The notes under the pieces: model-generated | What the model was told of the DNA's origin: nothing | The model's database searches: none | What the model saw: the letters and a program-made list of their open reading frames with translations, nothing else | Made by a program: the position numbers and the translations under genes | Shown here: positions 1 to 12,285 of the stretch, piece after piece | Layout of the letters: each line of letters starts with the position of its first letter | Position numbering within the stretch: the first letter of the stretch is position 1 | Source: Octopus bimaculoides | Taxonomy: Eukaryota | NCBI RefSeq assembly: GCF_001194135.2 | Contig: NC_068986.1 | Coordinates: forward strand, 72,142,030-72,206,029 | DNA length: 64,000 nucleotides | Direction: 5' to 3'

Positions 1-62
<62 letters not shown>
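1..62. repeat. (GT)n microsatellite
   Basis: Direct observation. Confidence 0.99.
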
Positions 63-65
<3 letters not shown>

Positions 66-407
66 TGTGAGTGTTTTCAATTTTCATATTCTTCCACAGG
101 CACCGACATGTTTGTTTGTCACCTACCTACGCAATAGTTGAAAGACGGTATACGTGGCGCACTGCCAACTAAGACAAAAATTAAGTTAAAAAGAATCTCT
201 GAAATTTAGTAATTCATGTAAACTACGAATATTGAGTGTTTTTAACAAAATATCAGATCGATAGACGAATAATTTATTTCGTTAGTGAGTACGATAAATT
301 TTATTCGTCAAAAATATGCGCAATAAATTATTTTGTCAAAATTCGCACAGCACATATAGCTTCCTTATCTTTAGTAACATATCTAAATATGCAACATGGT
401 AATTTTG

Positions 408-720
408 TTTTTTTATCTTTTACTTGTTTCGGCCATTAGACTGCAACCATTCAAGGGTACCGTCTTGAAGGTTTTAGTCGAAGAAATCGACTCCATTTTA
501 AGTCCGGTAGTTATTCTATCGGGTTTCTTTGCCGAAGCGCTACGCTACGAGGATGTAAACAAGCCAGCATCTGTTTCTGGTTACGAAATTCCCTCAAATG
601 TCATTGGTGAACCGGACACAAAAGTTTAAGACATTTGTCCATTGTACCAAGCAGTGAAACTGAACCTGGAACCATGTAATTAGGAAGCCAACTTCTTATC
701 ATACAGCCACGTCCGCGCCT
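408..720 (-). mobile_element. tRNA-derived SINE family A, degenerate copy
   Basis: Tail ttttacttgtttc..cattagactgc and head gaacctggaaccatgt...cagccac similar to the 799-1257 copy. Confidence 0.7.
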
Positions 721-798
721 GTATACATGTGTGTGTGAGTATGTGTGTACATGCAAACATACACACACATACACACACACTCACACACACACATGTAT

Positions 799-1257
799 AC
801 TCTTTACTCTTTTTACTCTTTTACTTGTTTCAGTCATTTGACTGTGGCCATGCTGGAGCACCACCTTTAGTCGAGCAAATCGACCCCAGGANNNNNNNNN
901 NACCACCTTTAGTCGAGCAAATCGACCCCAGGACTTATTCTTTGTAAGCCTAGTACTTATTCTATCGTACTCTTTTGCCGAACCGCTAAGTTACAGGGAC
1001 GTAAACACACTATCATCGGTTGTCAAGTGATGTTGGGGGGACAAACACAGACACGCAAACATATACACACACATACATATATGTACATATATACGACAGG
1101 CTTCTTTCAGTTTCCGTCTACCAAATCCACTCACAAGGTTTTGGTCGGCCCGAGGCTATAGTAGAAGACACTTGCCTTAGGTGCCACGCAGTGGGACTGA
1201 ACCCGGAACCATGTGGTTGGTAAGCAAGCTACTTACCACGTAGCCACTCCTACGCCT
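799..1257 (-). mobile_element. tRNA-derived SINE family A, full-length copy (candidate octopus OK/OR-type SINE)
   Basis: Minus-strand head has an A-box-like TGGCTACGTGG and a B-box-like GGTTCAGTCCC, an internal CA/TA microsatellite, and an (AGTAAAAG)-type tail. Multiple other copies are present in the window. Confidence 0.88.
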
Positions 1258-1308
1258 ATGTATCTGTAAATAATAATATTTTTCTTTATAAGCTTAAAGC
1301 TTATAAGC

Positions 1309-1658
1309 CAGTAGTTCTTAACCTGGGTGGGGGGGCATCAGTAAATTCCAAGGGGGGCACGAGCCCTTGAGAAAAAGCAGGAATTTCTCTAATTATATTT
1401 GTTATTCTCTTAACGAGAGCATGGTCAAATAATGAGAAGTTTATGAAAAAATGCAAAAGTATCGTTTAATATCTTTAGTTTTCTTATTCTACTATCTTAG
1501 CGCTGCTAAACATTTTCTGTTCTTATTGACCCCCACCCCCTTCATATCCCTCAAAACCCTCACTAATTATGAATTGTAGCTTTAACATTTGCCTTTATTG
1601 TGTAATTTCTTTTCTTTTTTTTTTTTTGTTACTGCAAGACTTAGGTTAAGAACCACTG
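1309..1658. mobile_element. hAT MITE-like unit (left TIR plus internal right TIR AGGTTAAGAACCACTG at 1643-1658)
   Basis: Near-perfect 16-bp inverted pair 350 bp apart. The right flank GTATAAAG does not match the left TSD TTATAAGC. Confidence 0.6.
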
Positions 1659-2510
1659 GTATAAAGCTTAGATATTATTATCGTGTAAAGACAAACATCT
1701 TTTTCAGTTAATAGATTATAAACAAGCTTGATCCACAGTTTTCATATATATGAAATAATGTGATTCTTAAAAATCAAGAGATGCTGAAACATTATCAAAT
1801 CATTACTGTAAAATACGAAGAAATATTAACTTAATTTAAAAAATTGAAAACTATTTTTAAATTTTATAAAGAGGAAAAGTATGATAAATATTTTAAAATA
1901 GGAAATAAAATAAAAAGGTATGTAATAGGTTCTACTATCGCTCAGTTTAATAAACTCTCAACAAAATTAAAACACAGATTGGAAAAATAAAATTTTAGCA
2001 ATAAAACCAAAATTTTTGATATTAAATGTTTATGTCAAAAATATAGTANNNNNNNNNNNNNNNNNNNNNNNNNNNNNNNNNNNNNNNNNNNNNNNNNNNN
2101 NNNNNNNNNNNNNNNNNNNNNNNNNNNNNNNNNNNNNNNNNNNNNNNNNNNNNNNNNNNNNNNNNNNNNNNNNNNNNNNNNNNNNNNNNNNNNNNNNNNN
2201 NNNNNNNNNNNNNNNNNNNNNNNNNNNNNNNNNNNNNNNNNNNGTAAAACTAAAAGCTATGCGAAATCGTTTCTCTTTTAAAGAAACTTTTTTTTATATT
2301 TTCGTACAAATTAAATAAAATATTTTATTGTACAAATTTTTCGTATAACTTTTCTTTTAATTTAACTTTTATTCCAATTTTTTTTTTTATACTTTTTGTT
2401 CAGAACTTTTTACTCCAAACGTTCTATCTTGGGCTTTGACATTACCTTACACGTGCCATGTCTGTATGATCACGTGTTTGTTTTGTCCACTACACATCAA
2501 AGAATTCGCA

Positions 2511-4267
2511 ATGAATGCAAAGAAACGGAAGTATCTTGACGAATATATTCGATTTGGATTCGTGTCCCTCCAAGAGGGTGACACAGAAGTCTCCCAATGT
2601 GTGATATGTTACAAAACTTTGAGCAATGATAGAATGCGACCCACACGCTTAGAACGCCACTTGAAGACAATACATCCTGCTCTTGCAGACAAGCCTAAGG
2701 CATTCTTTGAAACAAAAAGACATTCCTTGAAGCAAGCTAAGTTGGACGGTAGTGGGGCATTTCGGTAACAAACTTCATTGGTCACAGAGGCTTCCTATGA
2801 GATCGCCATGTTGATTGCAAAGAACAAGAAGAGCCATAGCATCAGAGAGTCTGTCATAAAACCAAGTCTACTCTGTGTAGCAGAACTCATTCTGAGGAAA
2901 GATAGTGCAAACAAGTTTTTCCAAATTTCACTATCAAACGATACAGTCAAGGGAAGGATCGACGACTTGTCTCAAGACATCAAAGATCAAATTCTTGACC
3001 AAGTAAGAGATTCTCCTGTTTTTTGCCATCCAGTGTGACGAAACGACTAACATCGTTCAGTGTTCTCAGCTACCGGTATATGCTCGTTTTGTGTCAGGCA
3101 ACTGTGTAAAAGAGGAAATGTTGTTCTGTTCTGTCACCCTATGGATAGTTGTACAACAGCAGTAGCTATTTTTCGTGATGTATCAAACTTCTTTCAGGAA
3201 AACCAACTTTCGTGGGATTTCGTAGGGAGTTCCAGCCATACTTGGTCTGCAGTCTGGATTCATTACTTGGGTGAAAGAAAAATCCATCTGTTGTAGGTAC
3301 ACACTGTATACTTCATCGTGAAGCCTTAGCATCCAGAACCTTACCTACTGAAATGAGAAATGTCCTGAACGTGGCTATCAAAGTTGTCAACTTTGTTAAA
3401 GGTGAAACCTTAAACAATCGTCATTTCAAGCTGTTGTGTAAAGATATGGAATCTGAACAATGAAGCATTGCTTTTTCACACGAACGTACGATGGCCATCA
3501 GAATGGAACATGCTTGGGCAGCTTTATGAACTACGAGAGGAAGTAGCAATATTTCTAGATTTGCAGCATAAAGCAGATCTCCACGACAAATTCCAGTCTG
3601 AAGGCTTTCAGCTATCTCTAGCTTACCTGGTGGACATCTTCGAAGCGTTGGATGCTCTCAACTTTAAACTACAAAGGAAAGACATCAAAATTCTCACGCA
3701 CCACATCATTCGAACCTTCATAGCCAAACTTGACATCTGGAAATGTCGAATTCAGCAGGGAAATACAGCCAGTTTTAGTTACTTGGATTCTGCTATCATT
3801 CATGGTAACCTTGATTCTGAGTTAAAGAAACAAATAATCACTCATCTAACTTACTTGAAAACGGAATTCATCAGATACTTCCTAGATACAAATAAACAGT
3901 GTGAAGCTTGAAAATTCATCAGGAACCCATTTCAGTTGTGAAATGACTGATGTTTTGGATGAAGTGCAAGAGGAGTTTCTTGAGCTGAGGTTCAACTCTC
4001 CAGCTAAGGAAGACTTCAAAGAACTGGATCTTGAAACGTTCTGAAAACGTTCCTGTTTACCCTGTTATCTCACATCAGGCTCTTCGGATTTTAGCTATGT
4101 TTAGATCCAAGTATCTTTGTGAATCTGCATCTTCCACGCTCGTTGCTGTCAAAGCAAAGTACAGAAACAGACTAAACGTTGAAAGGGACTTACGTTGTGC
4201 ACTCACAGGCATTCAACCATGCATTCAAGATCTTGTAGCTAAGAAGCAGTGTCAAGTATCTCACTAA
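2511..4267 (+). pseudogene. Disrupted hAT (Buster/ZBED8/FAM200-like) transposase
   Basis: MNAKKRKYLDEYIRFGFVSL...QCVICYKTLSNDRMRPTRLERHLKTIHP, ASYEIAMLIAKNKKSHSI.ESVIKP, SLSNDTVKGRIDDLSQDIK, LLFHTNVRW, and F.SKYLCESASSTLVAVKAKYRNRLNVERDLRCAL. Broken by several stops and frameshifts across ORFs 2436-4267. Confidence 0.92.
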
Positions 4268-4674
4268 TAATGTGACTAATTCATATTCACTAAAAAGACG
4301 ATAAACATATTTTAGATTTTATTTAAAATCTGAGAGGGAATTTTATTCATAAATACAAGGGGGGGCGTGGAGAGAAGGACAAATTCCTGGGGGAAGCGTG
4401 GTAGTAAAAAGGTGAAGAACCACTGTTATAAGCAATCACCATGTATTGACTAAAGAAAATAATCTGATATTGGGGTATATAAACCCTCGACGGAAAAAAA
4501 GTGGCTTATATGCCCCAGTATTAGACTATTTCTTTAGTCAAGACACGATGATCACTTATAAGCTTTAAGCTTATAAAAAAATATTACTATTTGCAGAATT
4601 GTAAAATTCGGCATCGCTTATAAAATTATCGCAGAAAACACGCACGCACGCGCGCATACACATACACACACACA

Positions 4675-4730
<56 letters not shown>

Positions 4731-5333
4731 AGATTCTACACAGCTTCTACCTAAAAAATTCGCTCTAAACGGCATTGACCAGCTTGAGGCTATAGTAGAA
4801 GACACATACTCAAAGTGCCGCGCGATGGAACTAAACCCAAAACCAAGCGAAGAAAGGGAAAAGTGTGTAGAAAACAACAAATGATTTAAATTATTGCTTT
4901 TGAATGTACGGATTTGGACAGAGGAAATTTCCAAAAATGCTTTGTTGAACCGCTGAAAGAAGTATAGCAGTGGTATTTTCGCCTGCCACATGCCGTCTAC
5001 ATACAAGTTGTGATTCCACTAAATCAGCAGGCCTTCAATCTTGAACGAAAGAATAAGATTCGAAAGAATCTCTAAAATCCAGTAACTCCTTAGAACAATG
5101 AATATTACATATCTTCGCCAAAATATTAGATTTTTAGTTAATTTGATTTTTTTTTTAATTTAAGTACAATAAATTACTCAAAATTTACATAAAATAGCTT
5201 TATCCTTACTAACTTCTCTAAATAAGCAATACTGTGCTTTCTTGTGATCCTGCTCAACATACACAAATATACACACATTTGTTTATAAAAGTTTTGTTGT
5301 GTAAATGTGCGTGTGTGCATATGTGAGTGTATG

Positions 5334-5398
<65 letters not shown>

Positions 5399-5702
5399 GT
5401 ATATAGTTATATTGAGATATATATACACACACACATACACGCACACGCCCACACCCACATTCACAACACACTCACGCATACACGCACGCACATGCGCGCG
5501 AGCACACACGCATACACACACACACACTATGTTAAACATTACCCTGTGGAGCTGGATATCAGATAAACCTGGTAAAATCTGAATTGAGATAACGATTCTC
5601 AATCTTTACTAACACTGGCATCTTCGAATATCGATTTTGTGAGATGGGCGAGCTCTACATGCGCATCGGAAATGTCTAATTCACTCTAATATTAAGTACC
5701 CA

Positions 5703-6097
5703 AAAGAAGAAGAAGACGAAGAAGAAGAAGAAGAAGAAGAAGAAGAAGAAGAAGAAGAAGAAGAAGAAGAAGANNNNNNNNNNNNNNNNNNNNNNNNNNN
5801 NNNNNNNNNNNNNNNNNNNNNNNNNNNNNNNNNNNNNNNNNNNNNNNNNNNNNNNNNNNNNNNNNNNNNNNNNNNNNNNNNNNNNNNNNNNNNNNNNNNN
5901 NNNNNNNNNNNNNNNNNNNNNNNNNNNNNNNNNNNNNNNNNNNNNNNNNNNNNNNNNNNNNNNNNNNNNNNNNNNNNNNNNNNNNNNNNNNNNNNNNNNN
6001 NNNNNNNNNNNNNNNNNNNNAGGAGGAGGAGGAGGAGGAGGAGGAGGAGATGAAGAAGAAAAAGAAGAAGAAAAAGAACAACAACAACAACAACAAT
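5703..6097. repeat. (GAA)n/(GGA)n/(CAA)n compound microsatellite spanning a gap
   Basis: Direct observation. Confidence 0.95.
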
Positions 6098-6129
6098 GCA
6101 CAATCCACAACGCGTACCATTCTGGAAGT

Positions 6130-7010
6130 AATACACACAGGCTCTGCTTACCCAGAAAGGAAGAAGAGAGACGTGTGTTAGATGCAGAAGAAGCTATCAG
6201 TACTGTGATATTGAGTTTGAAAAACCATGTTGTGTACAGTGAAGAAAGAATATTGTCTGCAATTCTAAATATCTAAATGCCACTGAAGCAGTAAGAGAAT
6301 TATAGAACAGAAATAGTCGGAATGAAAAGGTATTATAAGGCCAATCCATTCCAATAAACCAGGAAGTTAACAGTAAAGAACATTGGTTGTGGCAGGTGAA
6401 AACATGAAACGAAAAACTGAATTGTTGATTATAGCCGCTCAGTCAAGCCATTAAAAGAAACTTGAACGACAACGATTGATAAAATTCGGTCAGAGAGTAA
6501 CCGAAGAATCTGTGGAAAATGAGACCAAACTACTCTCCTGAATAAATGCAGTAAGCTAGCACACAAAGAGTATAAGCGCAGGCATGATTGTGTCATTAAA
6601 AGAGTGTACTAAGATGTTAGCCAAGTTTTAAGATTCAAAGTGACAAAAAAATGGTATTAATATGTGTTGGATGTTGTATTAGGGAATGATAATTACAGGA
6701 TTATATAGGATTTCTGTATAGAGGAGAATAAGTACACTGTTGAAGCAAGGAGGCCAGATATGATCGTAGACTACAAAAAGACAGTGCAAGATAATATACT
6801 TTGCAACACTATAGATAAATTGAGTAAGTTTAGAAATATCAGAAACTAGCCAGAGTGTTGAGATTGTGCAATTTAAAGGTAACAATTGTTCCTGTGATAA
6901 TTGGTGCATAACATCCAAACTACTACTTAAGAAACTGAAGAATATTAGAACTGGGACACGTATTAAAGACTGGTAGAACAATAGCATCGTCTGTTGTGTA
7001 AAAGTCCTAA
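6130..7010 (+). mobile_element. R4/Dong-like REL non-LTR retrotransposon relic (post-RT region to C-terminus, heavily deleted)
   Basis: RLCLPRKE..., RKTELLIIAAQ, C.KLAHKEYKRRHD, and EARRPDMIVD (restriction-like endonuclease) in mixed frames. Confidence 0.7.
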
Positions 7011-7029
7011 GATAAGTTACGAGTATGTA

Positions 7030-7232
7030 AACGAGCCTATCACCGCTTGGTAGCTGGTGTTAGTTTCTTTACATTCTCGTAACTTTGCAGTTCGGCAAAG
7101 CAGGCAATAGAATAAGCTCAGTATTTGAAGAAATAAGTACTGGGATCGATTTGTTCGACTAAACCCTTTAAAGCGGTGCTCCAGGTTGGTCACAGTTCAA
7201 TGACTGAAACAAATCAAAGGTAAAAGGTGAAA
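7030..7232 (-). mobile_element. SINE family A, 3' half
   Basis: gatttgttcgactaaaccctttaaagcggtgctccag...tgactgaaacaaat matches family A 3' sequence; this 3' end reads in + orientation like the 36841 copy, so the strand call is uncertain. Confidence 0.55.
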
Positions 7233-7256
7233 GCATGTAATAACTTTCGAATAATC

Positions 7257-7673
7257 ATTTCTACTATAGGCACAAGGCCAGAAATTTTGTGGGAGGGGCC
7301 AGTCGATTAGATCGACCCAGTACGCAACTGGTACTTAATTTACCCCGAAAAGATGAAAGGCAAATTCGACCTCGGCGAAATTTGAACTCAGAACGTAAAG
7401 ACAGACGAAATACCGCTAAGCGTTTCGCCCGACATGCTATCGATTCTGCCGGCTCGTCGCCTTTTCAATAATAATAATAATGGCACAAGGCCTGAAATTT
7501 GGAGAAATTTACATCGACCCCAGTGCTCAACTGGTACTTGCTTTATCGAATCCGAAAGGACGAAAGGCAAAGTCGATCTCGGCAGAATTTGAACTCAGAA
7601 CGTAAAGATGGGCGAAATGCCGGTCAGCATTTTTGCTCGGCGCACTAACGATTCTGCCAGCTCGCTACCTTAC

Positions 7674-7740
<67 letters not shown>

Positions 7741-8051
7741 TGATGATGATGATGATAATGATAATAATCGTGAAGTATATTTGCCACTTAAATGTGGCTG
7801 ACCCTTAAGGGTTGATGCTACTGTAGCTTGTAGCCCCAGGAAGACATCTCCAGCTTGACACACTTTCTGTGCCCTATAATAATAATCCTTTCTACTAAAG
7901 GCACAAGACCTGAAATTTGCGGGGAGAGGATATGTCGATTACATCGACCCCAGAGTTGTGCTGATATTTAATTTATCGATCTCGAAAGGATGAAAAGCAA
8001 AGTCGACCTCGGCGGAATTTGAACTCAGAACGTAAAGGCGGGCGAAATACA
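7257..8051 (-). mobile_element. Three tandem SINE family B copies (7257-7463, 7482-7671, 7884-8051) separated by (TAA)n
   Basis: Each copy carries gatcgacccag..caactggtactt..cgaaaggatgaaaggcaaagtcgacctcggcggaatttgaactcagaacgtaaag. Confidence 0.88.
7675..7768. repeat. (TAA)n/(TGA)n microsatellite
   Basis: Direct observation. Confidence 0.97.
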
Positions 8052-8057
8052 GTACCT

Positions 8058-8893
8058 ACCGAAAATGTGATTCTCCCACAAAAATTTAAGAGACAAGATG
8101 AAGATGAAAGAGTAAACAATTGGAAAATGAAGCCACTGCATGGGCAATACCTCAGAGAAATCGAAGGAAAAGACAAGATCAACACTTGGAGCTGGCTAAG
8201 AAAATATGACTTGAAAGGATGCACTGAGGCATTGATATGCAGTGCCCAGGAACAAGCTCTGAGAACCAATTACACCAAGTTCCAAATAGATGAGAGTAGC
8301 GAATCGCCCTTTTGTAGGATGTCTGGCAGCAGAAACGAAATAATATCACTTATTGTGAGTGAGTGTAACAAGCTAGCCCAAAGGCACTACAAACGGAGGC
8401 ATGATAACGTGACTAATGGAAGCTGTGTAAAAAGTACGTTCAATGGAAGCTGTGTAAAAAGTACGGCCTGAACAGAGCACGAAAATGGTACGAACATGAA
8501 CCAGAAGGAATCACTGAGAACAAAGAATATAAGATACTGTGGGACTTTACAATCCAATGTGACTCCCTAATCAAGGCTCGAAGATCAGATATTGTTGTGG
8601 TAGATAAAGGGAAAAAGGAAACCAAGATTATATATATTGCAATACCTAGGGATCCATGCATAAATGACAAAGAACTAGAAAAGCTTGAAAAGTACAGACT
8701 ACTAAAGAGCGAAATTGCTAGAATGTAGACGATTATGAGGAAAATGTTTGTCATTCGAGTAGTTGTTGGGGTACTAACAATTAAGTTCGAGAAATGTGTC
8801 AGAAAAATTGAAATTGATATGAGAGCAGAGTAAGGCCAAAAAACTGCGCTGCTGGGGACAGCTAGAGTTTTGAGATTGGTGCTTAGACGTTGA
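8058..8893 (+). mobile_element. R4/Dong-like REL LINE, 3' fragment
   Basis: WKMKPLHGQY...WLRKYDLKGCTEALICSAQEQALRT...CRM..SECNKLAQ.HYKRRHDNV, then KWYEHEPE...ILWDFTIQCD.LIKARRSDIVVVDK...KTALLGTARVLRLVL*. A 24-bp tandem duplication lies at 8415-8438/8442-8465. Confidence 0.88.
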
Positions 8894-8959
8894 ATGTCTC
8901 TCACGATAATTAATAGTCAAGTACCAAAGCTTATAATGTGCGGAAATAGACTCTGTGAA

Positions 8960-9640
8960 ACCTCTAGCAACGGGTTGTTGTCTGCTGTCACAGAATCTAC
9001 CAGAACAAACAAGATCGAGTGCTCTGAAAATTAAAACAGTAATTTTACTAATAAAACAGGCCCTAACACCAAATGCAGAATGTGCAACCAGCACAAAAAG
9101 ATAGTTGACTGCATCATCTCTGGCTGCCCAGTCCTTACCAAATCTGAATATATATACAGACACTACTGAGTAAGTAGTTATATCCACTGGGCAATATGCC
9201 AACACAACAACATTAAAACTGACAATAGGTGGTATAAACATGTGACAAACAAGGTACAAGACAACGACCAGGCCACACTCATCTGGGATATGCCGGTTCA
9301 AACCGACAAAGAAATAAAAGCTAATCGCCCAGACATAATAATCAAAGAATGGAAACAAAACACCTGCTTACTGATAGACATTGCAGTCTGATCAAAATAT
9401 TGTCCAAAAGGAAGTGGAGAAATTATCAAAGTACAAAGACCTCGAAATTGAAGTAGTCAAGATGTGGGGCATGAAGGTGAAAACAATACTAATAATAATT
9501 TGAGCATTGGGTATGATAAAAAACATATGAAGAAAAATGTAGAAGCTATACTTGGATCCTCAACATACACACTATCCAGAAAATAGCCCTGCTTGGAACT
9601 GCCCACATCCTATGCAAGACACTATCCATTCAATAAAACA
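8960..9640 (+). mobile_element. Second R4/Dong-like REL LINE, 3' fragment (different subfamily)
   Basis: KCRMCNQHKKIVDCIISGCPVLTKSEYIYRH...IHWAICQH...WYKH...LIWDMPVQTDKEIKANRPDIIIKE...CLLIDIAV (zinc knuckle plus PD..D REL). Confidence 0.88.
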
Positions 9641-9971
9641 ACCTAAACAAAACAATCCACAAACACAAGATACTCTCTATACAGCAATTATCCAGTGAAA
9701 TAAACTTCCACCAGCATTCCAATAACCAACACATTACACACTCAATACACAATACAAGCAGTAATACAACAAAAAACTGCACCACACCTGAAGAGAAAAA
9801 AAACTAACGCAATTCAATGCCGGGAAGAGCTTTCACACTCCCAACAATAGAAAAGAACGCACAATGTTGGACATACCCCAGCAACACGGAGGTGCTACTA
9901 GTGATGCAGTAGATATTTGCCTGAAACTACCAAATGTTGAACAATTATATAATAATGATAACAATGATGAT

Positions 9972-10130
9972 AATTGATGCACTTGGCACAACAGCCAAAC
10001 TGCTACTTAAGTAGCTGAAGGATATTGGAATTGAGACTAGCATTGTCGACCTGCAGGAAAAATGCTTGCCTGTATTCTGCAAAAATCCTAAGAAAGATTC
10101 TTAAGAGTGTTACTTTATGAGCGAACCAAT
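9972..10130 (+). mobile_element. R4/Dong-like C-terminal scrap
   Basis: ALGTTAKLLLK*LKDIGIETSIVDLQ...YSAKILRKIL; same subfamily as 6130-7010 and 51480-52040. Confidence 0.7.
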
Positions 10131-10139
10131 TTAGAGAGG

Positions 10140-12050
10140 GTATGGAACCAGAAACAAAACAGAAACTTACAAGCGAGGCACGTTCTAAAAAGCATAACGG
10201 CTAAGGAATCTGAAATTGGTAATTAAATGGGAAATAGAAAACCTGAATAGAGCACGATGATGCTGACGTTAATGTAAGCGAAGGAATACAGACAGAGAAG
10301 TGTTAAACAATACATTGAAGAAGGCTCAGAGGAAGATAGAGAAACAATATAATTGAAAATGTGGCAGGAGAGCCAGAATGACAAGGAAATCGAATAACTG
10401 GGCGAGATATTCGACCAACTTGAAGAACATAGCAATGAGAAACCTGTCTACCTTAGAGAATATGATAGAAAGACGGTAAATCAAAATACAACAAAAGAAA
10501 TTTACACTATCATAAGATATGTGCTATTAATTTCTCTCCAGGCGATAAATAACCTATACAAGGCTGCGAAGGAGTAGCGTAGCAGAAGAGAGTGATTATA
10601 AGACAAGTAAACCAAGAACGGACAAACCAATACATTGGTGAGGAAGACGGATAAAAGATAGCGTCAAGAGCTTTGAGGTGTAAAGTGAGTCAGCAACAAC
10701 TTCTTAAAGAGAGTGCACTAAGAAAACAAAGAGTCAATATAACACTAGAAAGAAAATACAAAGTAAAAAAGGAAAAGAAAGGAATATGTTGTAATTAAAG
10801 ATCCGAAGTAAAGAATAACAGCAAAGGCTGCTAAGGTAACGTGATATGAGAATAGAATAGATCAGTTTAAACAGAACAGATTGTTTCAAAATTATCGGAA
10901 TAGATTGTTTGAAAAACTGGAGGGAATAGAAACACGTACGATAAGTAGAAAGTTTTGGGGTGATATGACATGAAGAAAGAAAGAAATTCACAACGAGGAT
11001 TCAAAGTGGATAGAAATAGATAACGAACTAAGGAGAATAAAACAAGTTGACACAGTAATCCTCCACAGCTCATCGTAAAATAAGCTTCCAAATTAGCTAA
11101 TTGGTTGAAAACGTCAAAACACTTGCAGTAATATCCCAAATTGGATAACTAAAAGCAAGACAACCCTTATTAGAAAATATTCGAACAGAAAGGTGCTGAG
11201 ATCTCAGACTATATAACTTATTTGCCACTACTATGAAAATTATTAACAAGTATGTTGTGTATATGAATTATGCACACTTACAGGAACAGATCTGCTACCT
11301 AATGAGCAGAATAGTTGTCAGAGAATTTTAAGAGGAACAAAAGAAGGTGATTATAAGAACTTGAAAAAGAAGACAAGCAGGTTTAGCAATAGGGTAAATC
11401 GATTACTAAAAGCAGATGTCGAAGACCCGCAACCTTGGGTGTTGGCGACGCTCAAATTGTTCAAAATTGAAAGAAAAAAACATCACTGAAATGATGAGTA
11501 AGTATGGGAAGTTAGGAAACGGAACTAACAGCTACGAAGTACCTATTTGAAAGAGTCAGAATAGATTGAGGTCCGAACTTTTTGTCATTGCTTATCGTCC
11601 TAACTGTGCGTCATTGCTCTTATTCCACTATCCCTATAAATGAATAAAGTAAAAAGCTGTATACAGCCTTGGAAAAGACCAGAAGATAGCTAACCGTTTG
11701 CTATTAATGGATGACCTAAAGTTATATGCCAAGACAGAGGGGGAATTGGATATTCATATCAAGATTGTAAGATTATTTGGCAATGGCATGAGAATAGTTT
11801 TGGTATTTTCAAGGCTGGAACCTTTGTAATGAAAAAAATGGGAGTTACTATGAAAGTAAGGGAATAAACTTACTGAACAAGAAGATACGGGAGATTGATA
11901 CAGATGATGGATATGAATATCTGGAAATCTTGGAAGTTGATGGTATAAAGTATACAGCAAATGGAAGATAAAATCAAGAGAGGATATTTTCGAAAGGTTA
12001 AAAGGATACTAAAATCAAAACCTGATGGTATAAATAACATCATTGCCTTA
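10140..12050 (+). mobile_element. Degenerate R4/Dong-like N-terminal and reverse transcriptase region
   Basis: RT core LLMDDLKLYAKTEGELD at ~11701, P.WIT..KT.LL near 11135, and Y.YLEILE near 11915; many stops and frameshifts. Confidence 0.72.
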
Positions 12051-12251
12051 AATTCTTTCCATGCTATGGCTGTAACAGTGTTTTGATTTTTGCCATTTCA
12101 TAAATTGATATTATGGAAACAGATGTAGAGAAAAACAAATAAAATTTTAAAATAACATTAAACACTTTTGAGTTCTATTCTTTCGTGCACATGCACACCA
12201 CACATACACACACACAATGAATGAATGTGTGTATGTATGTATATATGTATG

Positions 12252-12285
<34 letters not shown>

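Larger units (their letters stand above)
1309..4425 (+). mobile_element. hAT DNA transposon (Buster/Charlie-type) insertion with TIRs and 8-bp TSD
   Basis: Left TIR CAGTAGTTCTTAACCT at 1309; right TIR AGGTGAAGAACCACTG ending at 4425. Identical TSD TTATAAGC at 1301-1308 and 4426-4433 (nnnTAnnn, typical of Buster). Encloses a transposase relic. Confidence 0.88.
1263..4597. mobile_element. Palindromic foldback/MITE element split by the hAT insertion (arms 1263-1308 + 4434-~4485 and ~4503-4597)
   Basis: With the hAT and one TSD removed, the left arm tctgtaaataataatattttt..ataagcttaaagcttataagcaatcaccatgtattgactaaagaaaataatctgatattggggtatataaacc is the imperfect reverse complement of 4503-4597. 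Confidence 0.8.

Noticed and set aside
190-255. Weak similarity to 5063-5130 (aaagaatctct.aaat..agtaa.tc)
   Set aside because: Short, AT-rich and low identity; it may be an old repeat but cannot be classified.
1180-1257. tRNA genes at SINE heads (also 20752, 36841)
   Set aside because: They have A/B boxes but no complete cloverleaf, and continue into a multi-copy SINE body.
7257-8051. CRISPR-like repeat-spacer array
   Set aside because: The repeats are ~200-bp diverged SINE copies in a eukaryotic context; there are no cas genes and no regular spacers.
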